NCBI GenBank assembly: GCA_965219955.1
Contig: OZ244799.1
Span: 1,344,001-1,408,000, forward strand
DNA: 64,000 nucleotides
Source: a bacterium
Lineage (GTDB): Bacteria > UBA8248
Reading direction: 5' to 3'
The notes below the pieces were generated by a model, which was not told the DNA's origin, made no database searches, and was given only the letters and a program-made list of their open reading frames with translations. Below, piece by piece: positions 21,004 to 31,118 of the stretch. Positions within the stretch are counted from its first letter, which is position 1, and each line of letters opens with the position of its first letter. Position numbers and translations under genes: made by a program.

Positions 21004-21657
21004 CTACTCCGAAACGGGCGAGATGAAACCGCGCTGTTCCGCAAGAGCGTCTCCTGCATATTGCACAGTGCCATCAATACAGCGAACACTTCCCTCGGCG
21101 ATGAGCCGCACCGCCAACGGGTATATGCGGTGCTCATAAACGAGAATCCTCTCCGAAAGGGTATTCTCATCGTCATGAGGCAGCACCGGCACAGCGGCTT
21201 GTAAAATGATCGGCCCCGTATCCACCCCCTCGTCCACGAAGTGGACCGTGCAGCCGGCCACCCTCACGCCGGCGTCCAGCGCTTTTTTCTGTGCATGCAG
21301 GCCCGGGAAACTCGGCAGAAGCGAGGGGTGAATGTTGATGATTCTCCCTGCAAAACGGCTCACGAAATCCGGCGGCAAAATACGCATAAAACCAGCGCAA
21401 CAGATGAGGTCGATTTCGCAATTTTCGATTTCATCTCCCATCCGCAGAAAAAAAGCATCGTCCTTGGGCGCGAAGTGTCTGTGTCTTATTCCAGCCTTCG
21501 AGGCGCGCTCGAGAGCATACGCATTTCTTCTGTCACTCAGCACCAGCACAACTTCCGCCGGAAAACCCGTTTTCCGCCCGGCATCGATGAGGGCCTGCAG
21601 ATTCGACCCGCGCCCCGAGGCCAAAACACCCACCCGTAATTGTGCTCTTGCGTTCAC
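21004..21657 (-). CDS. purN: phosphoribosylglycinamide formyltransferase
   Basis: ASGRGSNLQAL, AGFMRIL, NIHPSLLP, GCTVHFVDEGVDTGPII. Confidence 0.97.
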   Translation of the reverse strand: MNARAQLRVGVLASGRGSNLQALIDAGRKTGFPAEVVLVLSDRRNAYALERASKAGIRHRHFAPKDDAFFLRMGDEIENCEIDLICCAGFMRILPPDFVSRFAGRIINIHPSLLPSFPGLHAQKKALDAGVRVAGCTVHFVDEGVDTGPIILQAAVPVLPHDDENTLSERILVYEHRIYPLAVRLIAEGSVRCIDGTVQYAGDALAEQRGFISPVSE

Positions 21658-21660
21658 GAT

Positions 21661-22713
21661 TTATATGCTTTCAATGACGACGGAATGACCATCCTTTGTT
21701 CTTGGGGCGACTTCGCCGACAACCATGGCCTGTTCTCCGGCATTTCTCAAACATTCGAGCAAATATCCCGCTCGCTCGGCCCTCGCGAGGAAGACAAAAC
21801 CCAGGCCCATATTAAAAGTGCGATACATCTCCGCGCTCTCAACCGGACCGAGCTCTTGAATCAACGGAAATATCTCCGGCATCTCCCACTTTTCCGGATA
21901 GAATTTCGCCTGCAATCCATCCGGCACCACACGGCTCACATTTCCCGGAATGCCGCCTCCCGTGATGTGCGCGGCGCCGCTTATCCCCTCTTCTCCTCGA
22001 ACAGAGCCAGCTCCATTGGCGTAAATCCGGGTCGGCTCCAATAAGACATTTTCAACAGGAACACCCAGCCTTTCCGCCGCAAAATCCCGTTTTCCTTCTG
22101 ACTCGAATATCTTCCGCACCAGAGAATACCCGTTGCTATGAATTCCTGAAGAAGGCAGTGCGAGTATGGCGTCGCCGGCTTTCACAGGCGGCCTGTCGTC
22201 CAATTTCCTGCGTTCAACCACCCCTACCGCAAAACCAGCGAGATCGTAAACGCCCGGTCCATACATGTCGGGCATCTCCGCCGTCTCACCACCGATGAGG
22301 GCGCAACCTGCCTCCCGGCAACCCTGGGCGATTCCGGATACGGCTGCCTTCAATACGTTTTGATCGATCCTGCCCGTCGCGATGTAGTCGAGAAAAAAAA
22401 GGGGTTCTGCTCCCGTGGTCAGGATGTCGTTGACGCACATGGCCACCAGGTCAATCCCAACGGAATCATGGCGCTCGAACTCCTGGGCCAGGAGCAACTT
22501 CGTGCCGACGCCGTCGGTGCCTGAAACGAGTACGGGATCCTCATATTCGCCACCCAGGCGGAACAAACCCGCAAAATCAGCCGACCCCTTCAGGATACGA
22601 CCGCTTTGGCTGTCATGGGTAGATGCAACAGCCTGGGCGATGGCGTGAACGAAGTCATCTCCCGAGTGCACATCGACACCTGCGTCGCGGTATGTCAGAC
22701 GATCCTCATTCAA
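21661..22713 (-). CDS. purM: phosphoribosylformylglycinamidine cyclo-ligase
   Basis: YRDAGVD, TDGVGTK, GGETAEMP, HSNGYSL, HITGGG, TFNMG. Confidence 0.97.
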   Translation of the reverse strand: MNEDRLTYRDAGVDVHSGDDFVHAIAQAVASTHDSQSGRILKGSADFAGLFRLGGEYEDPVLVSGTDGVGTKLLLAQEFERHDSVGIDLVAMCVNDILTTGAEPLFFLDYIATGRIDQNVLKAAVSGIAQGCREAGCALIGGETAEMPDMYGPGVYDLAGFAVGVVERRKLDDRPPVKAGDAILALPSSGIHSNGYSLVRKIFESEGKRDFAAERLGVPVENVLLEPTRIYANGAGSVRGEEGISGAAHITGGGIPGNVSRVVPDGLQAKFYPEKWEMPEIFPLIQELGPVESAEMYRTFNMGLGFVFLARAERAGYLLECLRNAGEQAMVVGEVAPRTKDGHSVVIESI

Positions 22714-22764
22714 AAGTGATGTTCCATGATTTAGCAGGCGGAATCGCTCGGGATGAACTCAAAA

Positions 22765-24897
22765 TCAGCCGTGGACTTCCATCAGCTTCTTGACCAAAGC
22801 CACATTGTGCCGGTGACCACTTCTCTCGGCGGTCACTTTCCCCCGGATAGGACGACCGGTTAAATACAGGTCTCCGATAACGTCAAGAATTTTATGTCGA
22901 ACGAACTCATTGGGAAATCGCAGTTGGGTATTCACGACACGCGCCTTGTCCACAAGAATCACGTTATCCCAACGCCCCCCCTCGGCCAGGCCCATTTTCT
23001 CGAGCGACTCCAGCTCAGAAACAAAACCAAACGTACGAGCGGGCGCGATTTCTTCCTGGAAACTCAAGGCATTCTTATGTTCGTAGAGGTAGGATTGTTT
23101 TCCAATCGGCTCAGGATAATCGATGAGGTAGGAAACCGAAAAAGAATCCGCCGGCTCTATACGAATATACCCCTTCTCGTCGGCCGGCTCGCCGATTTCG
23201 TAAACCTTGTCAACCCACAAGTCTTCGCGTTTTTCCTTTTGATCCTCGATACCCGCTTCTTCGAGCAAGCGGCAAAACTCGACTGCCGATCCATCCATGA
23301 CGGGCACTTCCTCGCTCATCTTGATGAGTATATTGCTAATCTTATACGCGTGCAGCGCGCTCATGAGATGCTCTATCGTTCGAGCCGTCACGGCCCCATT
23401 GCGCAAGTTCGTCGCATGGTTGGTGCCATCCACGGAATCGACATTCGCCCTCACAATATCGGGGCTCGTCAGGCTGCCGAACTGAATCCCGCTCCCCGGC
23501 GACAAGGGTTCAATGATCAATCCCGTTTTCAGCCCCGAGTGAAGCCCCCGGCCATACAACACGACACTCTTCGAAATACTCCTTTGACTTGTTTCCCTAA
23601 GCGTCGCTGAAGCCGGCAATACGGGCTCTATATCGTATGCTTTTATTTTTCGCTTTAAGGCAGGCTTCGTCATGCCTACAGCCTGGGCGGTTTTGTTGAT
23701 ATCCCAACCGTGCTCTTCCAAATGGAAGGACAGGTACTTTCTCTCCCATTGGGTTCTGGCCACATTGAAATGAGACGGGACGTCGTCTCTCGATGTGTCC
23801 GCTTCGAAATCAGAAGCTTCGCGTATCGCGTACGGCAAGTGGGCGATTTGAATCTCCGCTCCTTGTGATGCATATGCCGCTTTGGTCACTGCGCCTTTCA
23901 GTTCAGCTATATTGCCCGGCCAGTCATAGTCTTCAAGTAATGCAATGACATCCTCTGAAAATTTCTTCTCATACCTGCCAATTTCCGTGCATTCATTCAA
24001 AAATCTGTTGGCTAACGGGAGAATGTCCTCTTTTCGTTCGCGCAAAGAGGGCAAATTTATTACATCGGCGCCTATCTGGGTGGACAAGGCCCGTACGTAA
24101 GCCTTGTCTTTCGGGGTCCCCATGTGATCAAGAGATACCACCAAACGTATTGAATCCGTTGCATGCCCAAGGAACCGAGCGAGAAACCCCTCACGCTCGG
24201 CCATGGGCAACTGCTCCAGACCATCAAGATATACCGTCCCCTGAAAGGTGCCGGGCACCAGCCGCTCCAGCGTCTCTTCCCATTCGCCTGCCTCAGCCAC
24301 CGGAAACAGCGAGCGGCAATGAACCGGCCTGAAGCCTTCCTCTTCACTGATGCCGTTCTTATGAATCATCCTCGCTATAAAACGCTTGCCGGTTCCCCTT
24401 TCGCCCGCGATCAGCAAGGGGCCAATATCTTTCGCCGCTCTCCTGATAGCTCTTCGAACCCTTTGGATACCCTTGCTGGCGCCGTCAAGCATTACATCAA
24501 AGACATCACTTACCTTGGGCTCCTTGGCCCTTCGCGCTTGAACAGCGGAATCGACTATACGCAAAACCGCATCGATGGACAGGGGTTTTTCAATGAAATT
24601 GAAAGCTCCCAACTTGGTTGCGGCCACGGCGGTTTCAATATTGCCGTGGCCCGACATCACGACGACTTCGATATCCGCGTTCGACTCTTTCACCGCTTGC
24701 AGGGTCTTGATTCCATCAATGCCCGGCATCCACACGTCGACCAAAACCACATCAGGAGTTTCAGTTCGAACCAGCTTCAGGGCAGTTTCTCCAGACTCGG
24801 CCCGCTCTACACGATACCCTTCATCGTGCAAAACGTCTTCCAGGCTGGCGAGTATCTCGCGCTCATCATCGACGATGAGGACATGTCCCTTATCCAA
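22765..24897 (-). CDS. lpxC: fusion: NtrX-like response regulator (REC - degenerate AAA+ - Fis HTH) + UDP-3-O-acyl-GlcNAc deacetylase LpxC
   Basis: N-terminal REC (IVDDE, DVWMPGIDG, SGHG, EKP), GERGTGK, WPGNIAEL and HTH. From about aa 438: QRSI...GRGLHSG, TIEHLMSAL, EVPVMDGSA, IAPARTFGF, RHKILDVIGDL, SGHRHN. Confidence 0.93.
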   Translation of the reverse strand: MDKGHVLIVDDEREILASLEDVLHDEGYRVERAESGETALKLVRTETPDVVLVDVWMPGIDGIKTLQAVKESNADIEVVVMSGHGNIETAVAATKLGAFNFIEKPLSIDAVLRIVDSAVQARRAKEPKVSDVFDVMLDGASKGIQRVRRAIRRAAKDIGPLLIAGERGTGKRFIARMIHKNGISEEEGFRPVHCRSLFPVAEAGEWEETLERLVPGTFQGTVYLDGLEQLPMAEREGFLARFLGHATDSIRLVVSLDHMGTPKDKAYVRALSTQIGADVINLPSLRERKEDILPLANRFLNECTEIGRYEKKFSEDVIALLEDYDWPGNIAELKGAVTKAAYASQGAEIQIAHLPYAIREASDFEADTSRDDVPSHFNVARTQWERKYLSFHLEEHGWDINKTAQAVGMTKPALKRKIKAYDIEPVLPASATLRETSQRSISKSVVLYGRGLHSGLKTGLIIEPLSPGSGIQFGSLTSPDIVRANVDSVDGTNHATNLRNGAVTARTIEHLMSALHAYKISNILIKMSEEVPVMDGSAVEFCRLLEEAGIEDQKEKREDLWVDKVYEIGEPADEKGYIRIEPADSFSVSYLIDYPEPIGKQSYLYEHKNALSFQEEIAPARTFGFVSELESLEKMGLAEGGRWDNVILVDKARVVNTQLRFPNEFVRHKILDVIGDLYLTGRPIRGKVTAERSGHRHNVALVKKLMEVHG

Positions 24898-27154
24898 TGG
24901 AAGCCGTCCTTTGCTTTTCAGGCGTGATGTCCGCAGCAGGCGCCAATGGCAACGTTACGCGAAAAACAGAACCCGCGGGATAGTTGTCTCGCACGCCTAT
25001 CGTTCCATTATGGTCCGCCACGATGCGATGACATATAGCCAAACCCAACCCCGAGCCTCTGTCTTTCGTAGAAAAATAAGGAGAGAATATATGGCCTTTC
25101 ACATCTTCCGATATACCCTGCCCCTGGTCGGCAACTTCAATAACTATCATATTTCTGTCCGTATCGCTCCATGCCTGCAAATTTATCTCGCCTTCGACCT
25201 CCTGGGATTCAAAGGCGTTTTCCAGCAAATTGATGAACACGCGCTGCAACTGCTCGGGATCCGCCATGATCGCTGCATTCCCTGCAGTGATTTGAATGGA
25301 AAATTTCACATTCCCTTTTCTGCCGCGATATAAATTCGCAACATCTTCGATGAGGGGAGCAAACCCGCAAAGCCTCAGTCTCGGCTCCGGCATTCGCGCG
25401 AATCGGCTGAATTCATTCACCATTTCAATCAGACTCGTTACCTGGTTGATAATGGTGTCCGTGCAAGATTCAAATACTTCCGCAAAATCATAGGCTTCAC
25501 TTTCAAATTTTCTTCTCATTCTCTGGGCAGAGAGTTGAATCGGCGTAAGCGGATTTTTGATCTCATGCGCGATGCCGCGAGCCACTTCCTGCCATGCGGC
25601 CACTTTCTGAGCCCGTATCAAAGCCGTCATATCATCAAACACAATGACTGCTCCGAGCCTGCCACCATCCGCGCTTTTGAGCAGGGTCAAACTCGCGCGC
25701 AGCGTCAGTACGCGGCCATCAATCATGATCTCCACTTGCTCCGAAGCGCTCTGGTGTTTTCGATCCCTCATGGAACGCATCAGATGACGGACGGGTTCGA
25801 GATGCGCGCTTTCGAAAACCTCGCTGAACATTCGACCCACGGCATCTTGAGGCTCAATGCTCAGCAACTCCCCGGCCGCTTTGTTGAGAATGGTAACGCG
25901 CCCCCGGCGATTGATTGATATCACACCAGCTCCGATATTTTCGAGCATCGCTTCCATATACCTGCGTCTTCTGTCGATTTCCAGGTTGGAATGGCTCAAG
26001 ATTTCAGAGGATTCTTCGATTTTCTCTTTATTGGCCAACAATTCTTCCGTCATGCTGTTGAATGCGTTGACCAGAATCCCCACTTCCCCGTCTGCCTGCG
26101 CATCCACGCGATGTTCGAGATCGCCATCCGACACCGCCCTTGTGGCTTCCGCCAATTTCTCGATGGGAACCGTAATCCCGCGCGCGAGGTAGAAGCCAAA
26201 CCATATGGCCGCAAAGAGAATGAGCAAAGTGACCACCAAAAAGGTGATGATGTAGTTTGCCTTGATTGGATCCTTGGACAGTTCCAACTCCTTATAACTC
26301 ACGAAGGAGTCCGATATGTCTTTGATCTTCTCCACGAGCCTGTCCGAAACATATTTGGATACGACGACAAACCCCACTACTTTCTTTTGAACCTTCAAAG
26401 GCGCCACGCCATAGATGACATCACCCTTTTCCCAATTCTCTATACTTGAGCGCGCCCCCCCATCAATCACCTGATCCACGTATCCCGCCAGTGGGGAGAA
26501 TGTCGCGGCTCGTTCCAACCCCGGACGTTTGACCGATACGATCTCTTTTCGGTCTCTATCGTAGAGTTGGATGAAGTCTACCCCTAAGCTCTTTCTCTCG
26601 GATTCCAGTTTTTTTTCAATCGCCTCAGGGTTCGCTAACGTGTCGGAGTGCGACTTCTCCAACACAAGCGCCAGTCGACTCGCACTGAACAGCGCGTTTC
26701 GCTCCACCTCCCGATAATACGTCTGAGCCACCTCGAACGACCCTTTGAGCGCTCTCTCCACATTCATGTTGAACAAGGCGTTAAAGCTCTGGTTTATCAA
26801 GCCGCTGGCGACCACAAAAAGAGCCACCACAGGGATGAGCGTGAATCCCACAAAAGCCAACACAAGCTTCAATTGCAAGCGTGAACGGCCGGCGCCCGTT
26901 CTCCCCTCGTAGTAAAGACGCACCAGGTGCTTTGCCACCAAAAGAAGAACCACCATGAGCAGAATGATGCTCAGGTTCACAAGCGCAAATACAACGACGT
27001 TGTTAAGCAGGGGGACTCCCGGCTCAAGCTCCTTGAAGTAAATCCAGGCCGTGAACGAGAGAGTCGCAATGACGATCAAAGCGATGAAAGAGCGCAGAAG
27101 CGTTCTTCGTCGACGGGAAGAGATTTCCAGGTTTTTCAGTCGCTTTGGATACAA
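24890..27154 (-). CDS. NtrY-like sensor histidine kinase (TM - periplasmic - HAMP - PAS - HisKA - HATPase)
   Basis: Multiple N-terminal TMs, HAMP (PIEKLAEAT...FNSMT), AAWQEVARGIAHEIKNPLTPIQLSA, DQGQGI, GSGLGL. 8-nt overlap with the regulator gene. Confidence 0.93.
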   Translation of the reverse strand: MYPKRLKNLEISSRRRRTLLRSFIALIVIATLSFTAWIYFKELEPGVPLLNNVVVFALVNLSIILLMVVLLLVAKHLVRLYYEGRTGAGRSRLQLKLVLAFVGFTLIPVVALFVVASGLINQSFNALFNMNVERALKGSFEVAQTYYREVERNALFSASRLALVLEKSHSDTLANPEAIEKKLESERKSLGVDFIQLYDRDRKEIVSVKRPGLERAATFSPLAGYVDQVIDGGARSSIENWEKGDVIYGVAPLKVQKKVVGFVVVSKYVSDRLVEKIKDISDSFVSYKELELSKDPIKANYIITFLVVTLLILFAAIWFGFYLARGITVPIEKLAEATRAVSDGDLEHRVDAQADGEVGILVNAFNSMTEELLANKEKIEESSEILSHSNLEIDRRRRYMEAMLENIGAGVISINRRGRVTILNKAAGELLSIEPQDAVGRMFSEVFESAHLEPVRHLMRSMRDRKHQSASEQVEIMIDGRVLTLRASLTLLKSADGGRLGAVIVFDDMTALIRAQKVAAWQEVARGIAHEIKNPLTPIQLSAQRMRRKFESEAYDFAEVFESCTDTIINQVTSLIEMVNEFSRFARMPEPRLRLCGFAPLIEDVANLYRGRKGNVKFSIQITAGNAAIMADPEQLQRVFINLLENAFESQEVEGEINLQAWSDTDRNMIVIEVADQGQGISEDVKGHIFSPYFSTKDRGSGLGLAICHRIVADHNGTIGVRDNYPAGSVFRVTLPLAPAADITPEKQRTASIG

Positions 27155-27157
27155 AAT

Positions 27158-27763
27158 TCACATTCCTTTAGAACTGAACGTCCGGGAATAGCTCCAATCA
27201 GAATTCTTCCCCCAAAAAGCGAGCAAATAATTAAAGGGAAAAACAAAATCCACCTGATTCAATCGCGCCCTGATTTTGACATAATATCGACCATTGAGGG
27301 ACAGGGCCTCGCCAGACAGAATGGGCGCGCCATTCAATTCACGCATCCAGTCCATCATTTCGTCCTGGCTTTTCGTCACTTTTCTTTCAATGTCTTTCGC
27401 GCCTTCTTTGAGATGAAAGGTGTATGTTTTTTTCAAGGCGCTATATTTCACCTGATGATGCAATTGCCGCGCAGCGACTTCCAGATCATAGATTAGCTTG
27501 CGAGAGCGGAGGAGACTGACATCAAAGATAAACTTCGTGGTCACACCGCTATGGATGGCTTCCAGGAGCTTTGGCGAAAACGCGCCCAAAAGAGAACCAA
27601 AAACGAGCAACTCCCCTTTCTTTTCAACGACGACGATATCCCGTATTCGAATTCCGCCCTGGTCATCCGTTGCGGACAGCGCCGGCCCCGCCAGAAAGAA
27701 GAGCACACAAATGGCCATGCTCAGTTTTCTCAGAACAAATGTTTTCTGGAAGTTAGACAACAT
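27158..27763 (-). CDS. secreted/periplasmic DUF4390-like protein
   Basis: Signal peptide, EAIHSGV...F.F, YYVKIRARL, FPF...SDW. Directly upstream of the NtrY-like kinase, where DUF4390 genes usually sit. Confidence 0.75.
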   Translation of the reverse strand: MLSNFQKTFVLRKLSMAICVLFFLAGPALSATDDQGGIRIRDIVVVEKKGELLVFGSLLGAFSPKLLEAIHSGVTTKFIFDVSLLRSRKLIYDLEVAARQLHHQVKYSALKKTYTFHLKEGAKDIERKVTKSQDEMMDWMRELNGAPILSGEALSLNGRYYVKIRARLNQVDFVFPFNYLLAFWGKNSDWSYSRTFSSKGM

Positions 27764-27788
27764 ATGTTCTCCTTGGCCCTTAAGTTCA

Positions 27789-27817
27789 ATGCTACCGCAT
27801 ACAACAAAAGCTCTCAA
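27789..27817 (-). promoter_or_regulatory. sigma-70-like promoter for DUF4390-ntrY-ntrX::lpxC
   Basis: TTGAGA-N17-TAGCAT, about 25 nt upstream of the ATG at 27763. Confidence 0.45.
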
Positions 27818-27881
27818 TCCCCTTGTTTGGCCTCTCTGCCCTCAAGGCTTCATAAAACACATCCAGATGGCGCGCCGTGGT

Positions 27882-30578
27882 CTACGTCCATTTTTTCCCC
27901 TGTTCAACGTTTTCCATGCTCTTTCGGAGTTCATACAGGGTTTCGAGTGCCTGGCGAGGGGTAATGGAATCCAGATCCAGGCCTTTCAACACCTCCTCGA
28001 CTTGCGATTCCGCACGTGAAAACAATGGCAGTTGCCCGTTTTCCCGGCGATTTTCCAGAAAAGATTCTTGTCCTCCGGAGCACGACATGGCCTCCGCACT
28101 CTCGAACCTGGAGAGCAAAGCCTTCGCCCGGTCGATAACCTCTTCCGGAAGTCCCGCCAACCTGCCTACATGAATGCCGTAGCTTCTGTCGCAACTGCCA
28201 TCGGTTACTTTTCGTAAAAAAACGATTTCATCACCCCATTCCCGCACTTCGACCGTTAAGTTTTTCACACAGGCGAGTTCTTTCGAGAGTTCGGCCAACT
28301 CATGATAATGGGTTGCGAACAAGGTCCTCGCCCTGTGGCGGACCTCATTATGCAGATACTCTACGATTGACCAGGCGATGCTCACGCCATCGTAGGTGCT
28401 CGTGCCTCGCCCGACTTCGTCGAGAACGATGAAACTCCGCTGCGTCGACTCTCTCAATATGGTGGCCGTCTCCACCATCTCGACCATGAAGGTGCTTTGC
28501 CCTTCCATAAGTCGATCATGCGCGCCGACGCGAGTGAACACCCTGTCAACCAAACCGATTTCCGCACTCCTGGCGGGTACGAAGCTGCCGATTTGCGCCA
28601 TCAGAATGATGAGCGCCGATTGACGCAGATACGTGGATTTCCCGGCCATATTCGGCCCTGTGACGATAAGTATTCGGCGGTCATCGCGAATCGACAAATC
28701 GTTCGGCACGAAAGAGACACCAGGATTCTCCGCCTCCATGACGGGATGCCTGCCCTCGATGATTTCAAGATTCGTGGAATCCGTAATTCGGGGCCTCACG
28801 TATCCATTTTTGCGCGCGACGAGCGCCAGGGACAAAACAGCGTCAAGAATCGCTATTCTCTCCGCGGCGGCGAGTATGCGCCTGGCCTGTTGAGATATTT
28901 GCGTTCGCAAGCGCCCGAAGAGCATGAACTCGAGATGATGGGCTTTCTCCTCTGCGCCAAGGATGTCCTCTTCCATCTTCTTCAACTCGGAAGTGATATA
29001 GCGCTCGGCAGAAACCAACGTCTGCTTGCGCGTATATTCTGTCGGCACCTGCTCGCTGAAGCGTTTGGCAATTTCGAGATAATACCCAAAAACACGATTA
29101 AACCCGATTTTCAAAGGCAGCCCCGTTCGTTGCTTTTCCTTGCTTTCATAATTTTTCAGCCAGGTATCGCCCTCTTGCTGCGCCCTTCTCAATGTAGAGA
29201 GTTCCTGATCGTGCTCAGCGCGAAACATTCCTCCTTCACGAATCGAAACAGGCGGATCGTCCACAATCGCGTTCTTCAGTTCCAATGCCACGTCCTCGAG
29301 AGAATCCCACCCCGACAAGACGGTATGAAACAACCCGGAATCCGCCTCCTTTATTGCCTCACAAACCTCTGGCAACATTCCCAGGGAAGCGCCGAGCCCC
29401 GCCAGGTCCCGGGCGTTCGCCGTTTGAGAACCCACGCGACCCAGGAGCCTTTCGATATCCTGAATGGGTTCAAGGGCATTTTTGAGCATATTCAGGGTTT
29501 CGGACTTATCCACGAGTTCCTGTACCGATTCGGCGCGATAATCGATGGCTTTTTTTTCAATCAAGGGTGAAAGGACCCATTTTTTCAACAGGCGTCCCCC
29601 CATGCCTGTCTGCGTCTCATCCAGCAAGCCAAGCAAAGTGCCTTTTTTCCCACGGTCCACAGCGGAACGAGTGAGTTCCAGATTTCGTAACGTGGCGGCA
29701 TCGAGAATCATGGTGTCAGAGAGCCGGGAGAAAAACACGGGTTTGATGTGGGGAAAATCACCAGGCTGGTTTTCTTTGAGATACGCCAAAACACCTACCG
29801 CGGTGTTCACCGCCACCGGATTCGCCAGAACATCCGCTTCATCCGGAAAGACGGCGTCCAGGCTTTTGAAATCAAGCGGCTCATCAAAGGTGGCGGCCGG
29901 TCTTTTCTCAACATGAACATTCAGTTCACCGATTTTGCTTTTCAACTCACCAGGCGGAGAAAAACCATCCGGCAAGATGACTTCACGAGGAGAGAGCCTC
30001 TCCAACTGGTTGCAAACAAGCGTCTCGGCGGCATCGCCTTCCACCTGTGTCGCGCAAAACTCACCGGTCGAGCTATCGAGCCATGCCATTCCCCAAGCCG
30101 TCTTTCCTTCTCCGGCCGACAGGGTGATCCCCGCCAGGTATTGAGACTCCTTGCTATCCAGTAACTCGAGGCCGGCAATCGAGGTGCCCGGAGTGAGGAC
30201 GCGGGTCACTTCGCGTCTCACAACTCCACTGCTTTCTCCCGCATCTTCCACCTGCTCGCATATGGCGACTTTATAACCTGCCTCCAGCAATCGCCCGCAA
30301 TAGGAGGATGCCGAATGACAAGGCACGCCACACATCGGGATAGGCCCCTTGTCGTCACTCTGGCGCGACGTCAACGTGAGTTCCAGCACTTTCGCCCCGA
30401 GTTTCGCGTCTTCATAAAACATCTCGAAAAAATCACCCAGCTGAAAAAACAGCATCGCGTCCGGATAGCGTCTTTTCATTTCCAGGTATTGGCGCATCGC
30501 AGGTGATGGACCACGTCTTTTATTACCCGATGTATTTTTCGCTTTCCTGGCATGCAGAGTGCTTTTTGGGGGAGGCAT
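27882..30578 (-). CDS. mutS: DNA mismatch repair protein
   Basis: GDFFEMF, GRHPV, TGPNMAGKST, STFMVEM, DEVGRGTS, FATHYHEL. Confidence 0.98.
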   Translation of the reverse strand: MPPPKSTLHARKAKNTSGNKRRGPSPAMRQYLEMKRRYPDAMLFFQLGDFFEMFYEDAKLGAKVLELTLTSRQSDDKGPIPMCGVPCHSASSYCGRLLEAGYKVAICEQVEDAGESSGVVRREVTRVLTPGTSIAGLELLDSKESQYLAGITLSAGEGKTAWGMAWLDSSTGEFCATQVEGDAAETLVCNQLERLSPREVILPDGFSPPGELKSKIGELNVHVEKRPAATFDEPLDFKSLDAVFPDEADVLANPVAVNTAVGVLAYLKENQPGDFPHIKPVFFSRLSDTMILDAATLRNLELTRSAVDRGKKGTLLGLLDETQTGMGGRLLKKWVLSPLIEKKAIDYRAESVQELVDKSETLNMLKNALEPIQDIERLLGRVGSQTANARDLAGLGASLGMLPEVCEAIKEADSGLFHTVLSGWDSLEDVALELKNAIVDDPPVSIREGGMFRAEHDQELSTLRRAQQEGDTWLKNYESKEKQRTGLPLKIGFNRVFGYYLEIAKRFSEQVPTEYTRKQTLVSAERYITSELKKMEEDILGAEEKAHHLEFMLFGRLRTQISQQARRILAAAERIAILDAVLSLALVARKNGYVRPRITDSTNLEIIEGRHPVMEAENPGVSFVPNDLSIRDDRRILIVTGPNMAGKSTYLRQSALIILMAQIGSFVPARSAEIGLVDRVFTRVGAHDRLMEGQSTFMVEMVETATILRESTQRSFIVLDEVGRGTSTYDGVSIAWSIVEYLHNEVRHRARTLFATHYHELAELSKELACVKNLTVEVREWGDEIVFLRKVTDGSCDRSYGIHVGRLAGLPEEVIDRAKALLSRFESAEAMSCSGGQESFLENRRENGQLPLFSRAESQVEEVLKGLDLDSITPRQALETLYELRKSMENVEQGKKWT

Positions 30579-30580
30579 AC

Positions 30581-30979
30581 TTACTCTGCCTTCGATTCAC
30601 GGGGGGACAGGCTCATCCGGGACTTGGGATCGGATTGCGAGGCAAGTTCATTCCGTGCAGTTCTGGATTCTTCGGTTGCAGGATTTCCCATGGGGAGGAG
30701 CTTGCCACTTTGCTCCCGCGCCTCATCCAGATTACTCTCCAGCGACTTGACTTCCCGCTTCAATTTTCCGATTTGGGCCCTGAACTTCAACCTGTCGAAT
30801 GCACCGCCAAGCCATGCCACCATGAACCCGCATGCAAACACGGCCAACAGAACATAAAAAAGAGGCAAGTTGATGCTGCCTTGATAATAGGCAACAGTCA
30901 CCGGCTTCATGTTGATGACACCGAAGCTGACAATCGCCAATGACAGGATCAAACCGATGATGAGTCGAAGGCTACCCAT
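30581..30979 (-). CDS. LapA-family (DUF1049) membrane protein
   Basis: TM1-F-x2-N-x2-PV-V...LPL-TM2 followed by a coiled-coil (KLKREVKSLE). Confidence 0.8.
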   Translation of the reverse strand: MGSLRLIIGLILSLAIVSFGVINMKPVTVAYYQGSINLPLFYVLLAVFACGFMVAWLGGAFDRLKFRAQIGKLKREVKSLESNLDEAREQSGKLLPMGNPATEESRTARNELASQSDPKSRMSLSPRESKAE

Positions 30980-31118
30980 ATCACTACCAAGTCCAACGGG
31001 TTTTAGATTTCAAAATCAGGGCGGAATTGATTATAGGTCGTCTTTAAATCCTCGGGAATCACCCGCATGCCACCGGGGACAGGAACAAGATGATACTCCC
31101 CTTCCCGATGAGAACAGT

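Noticed and set aside
23869-23878. TGCATATGCC near-copy of the palindrome
   Set aside because: Inside coding sequence, imperfect, and explained by Ala-Tyr-Ala codons.
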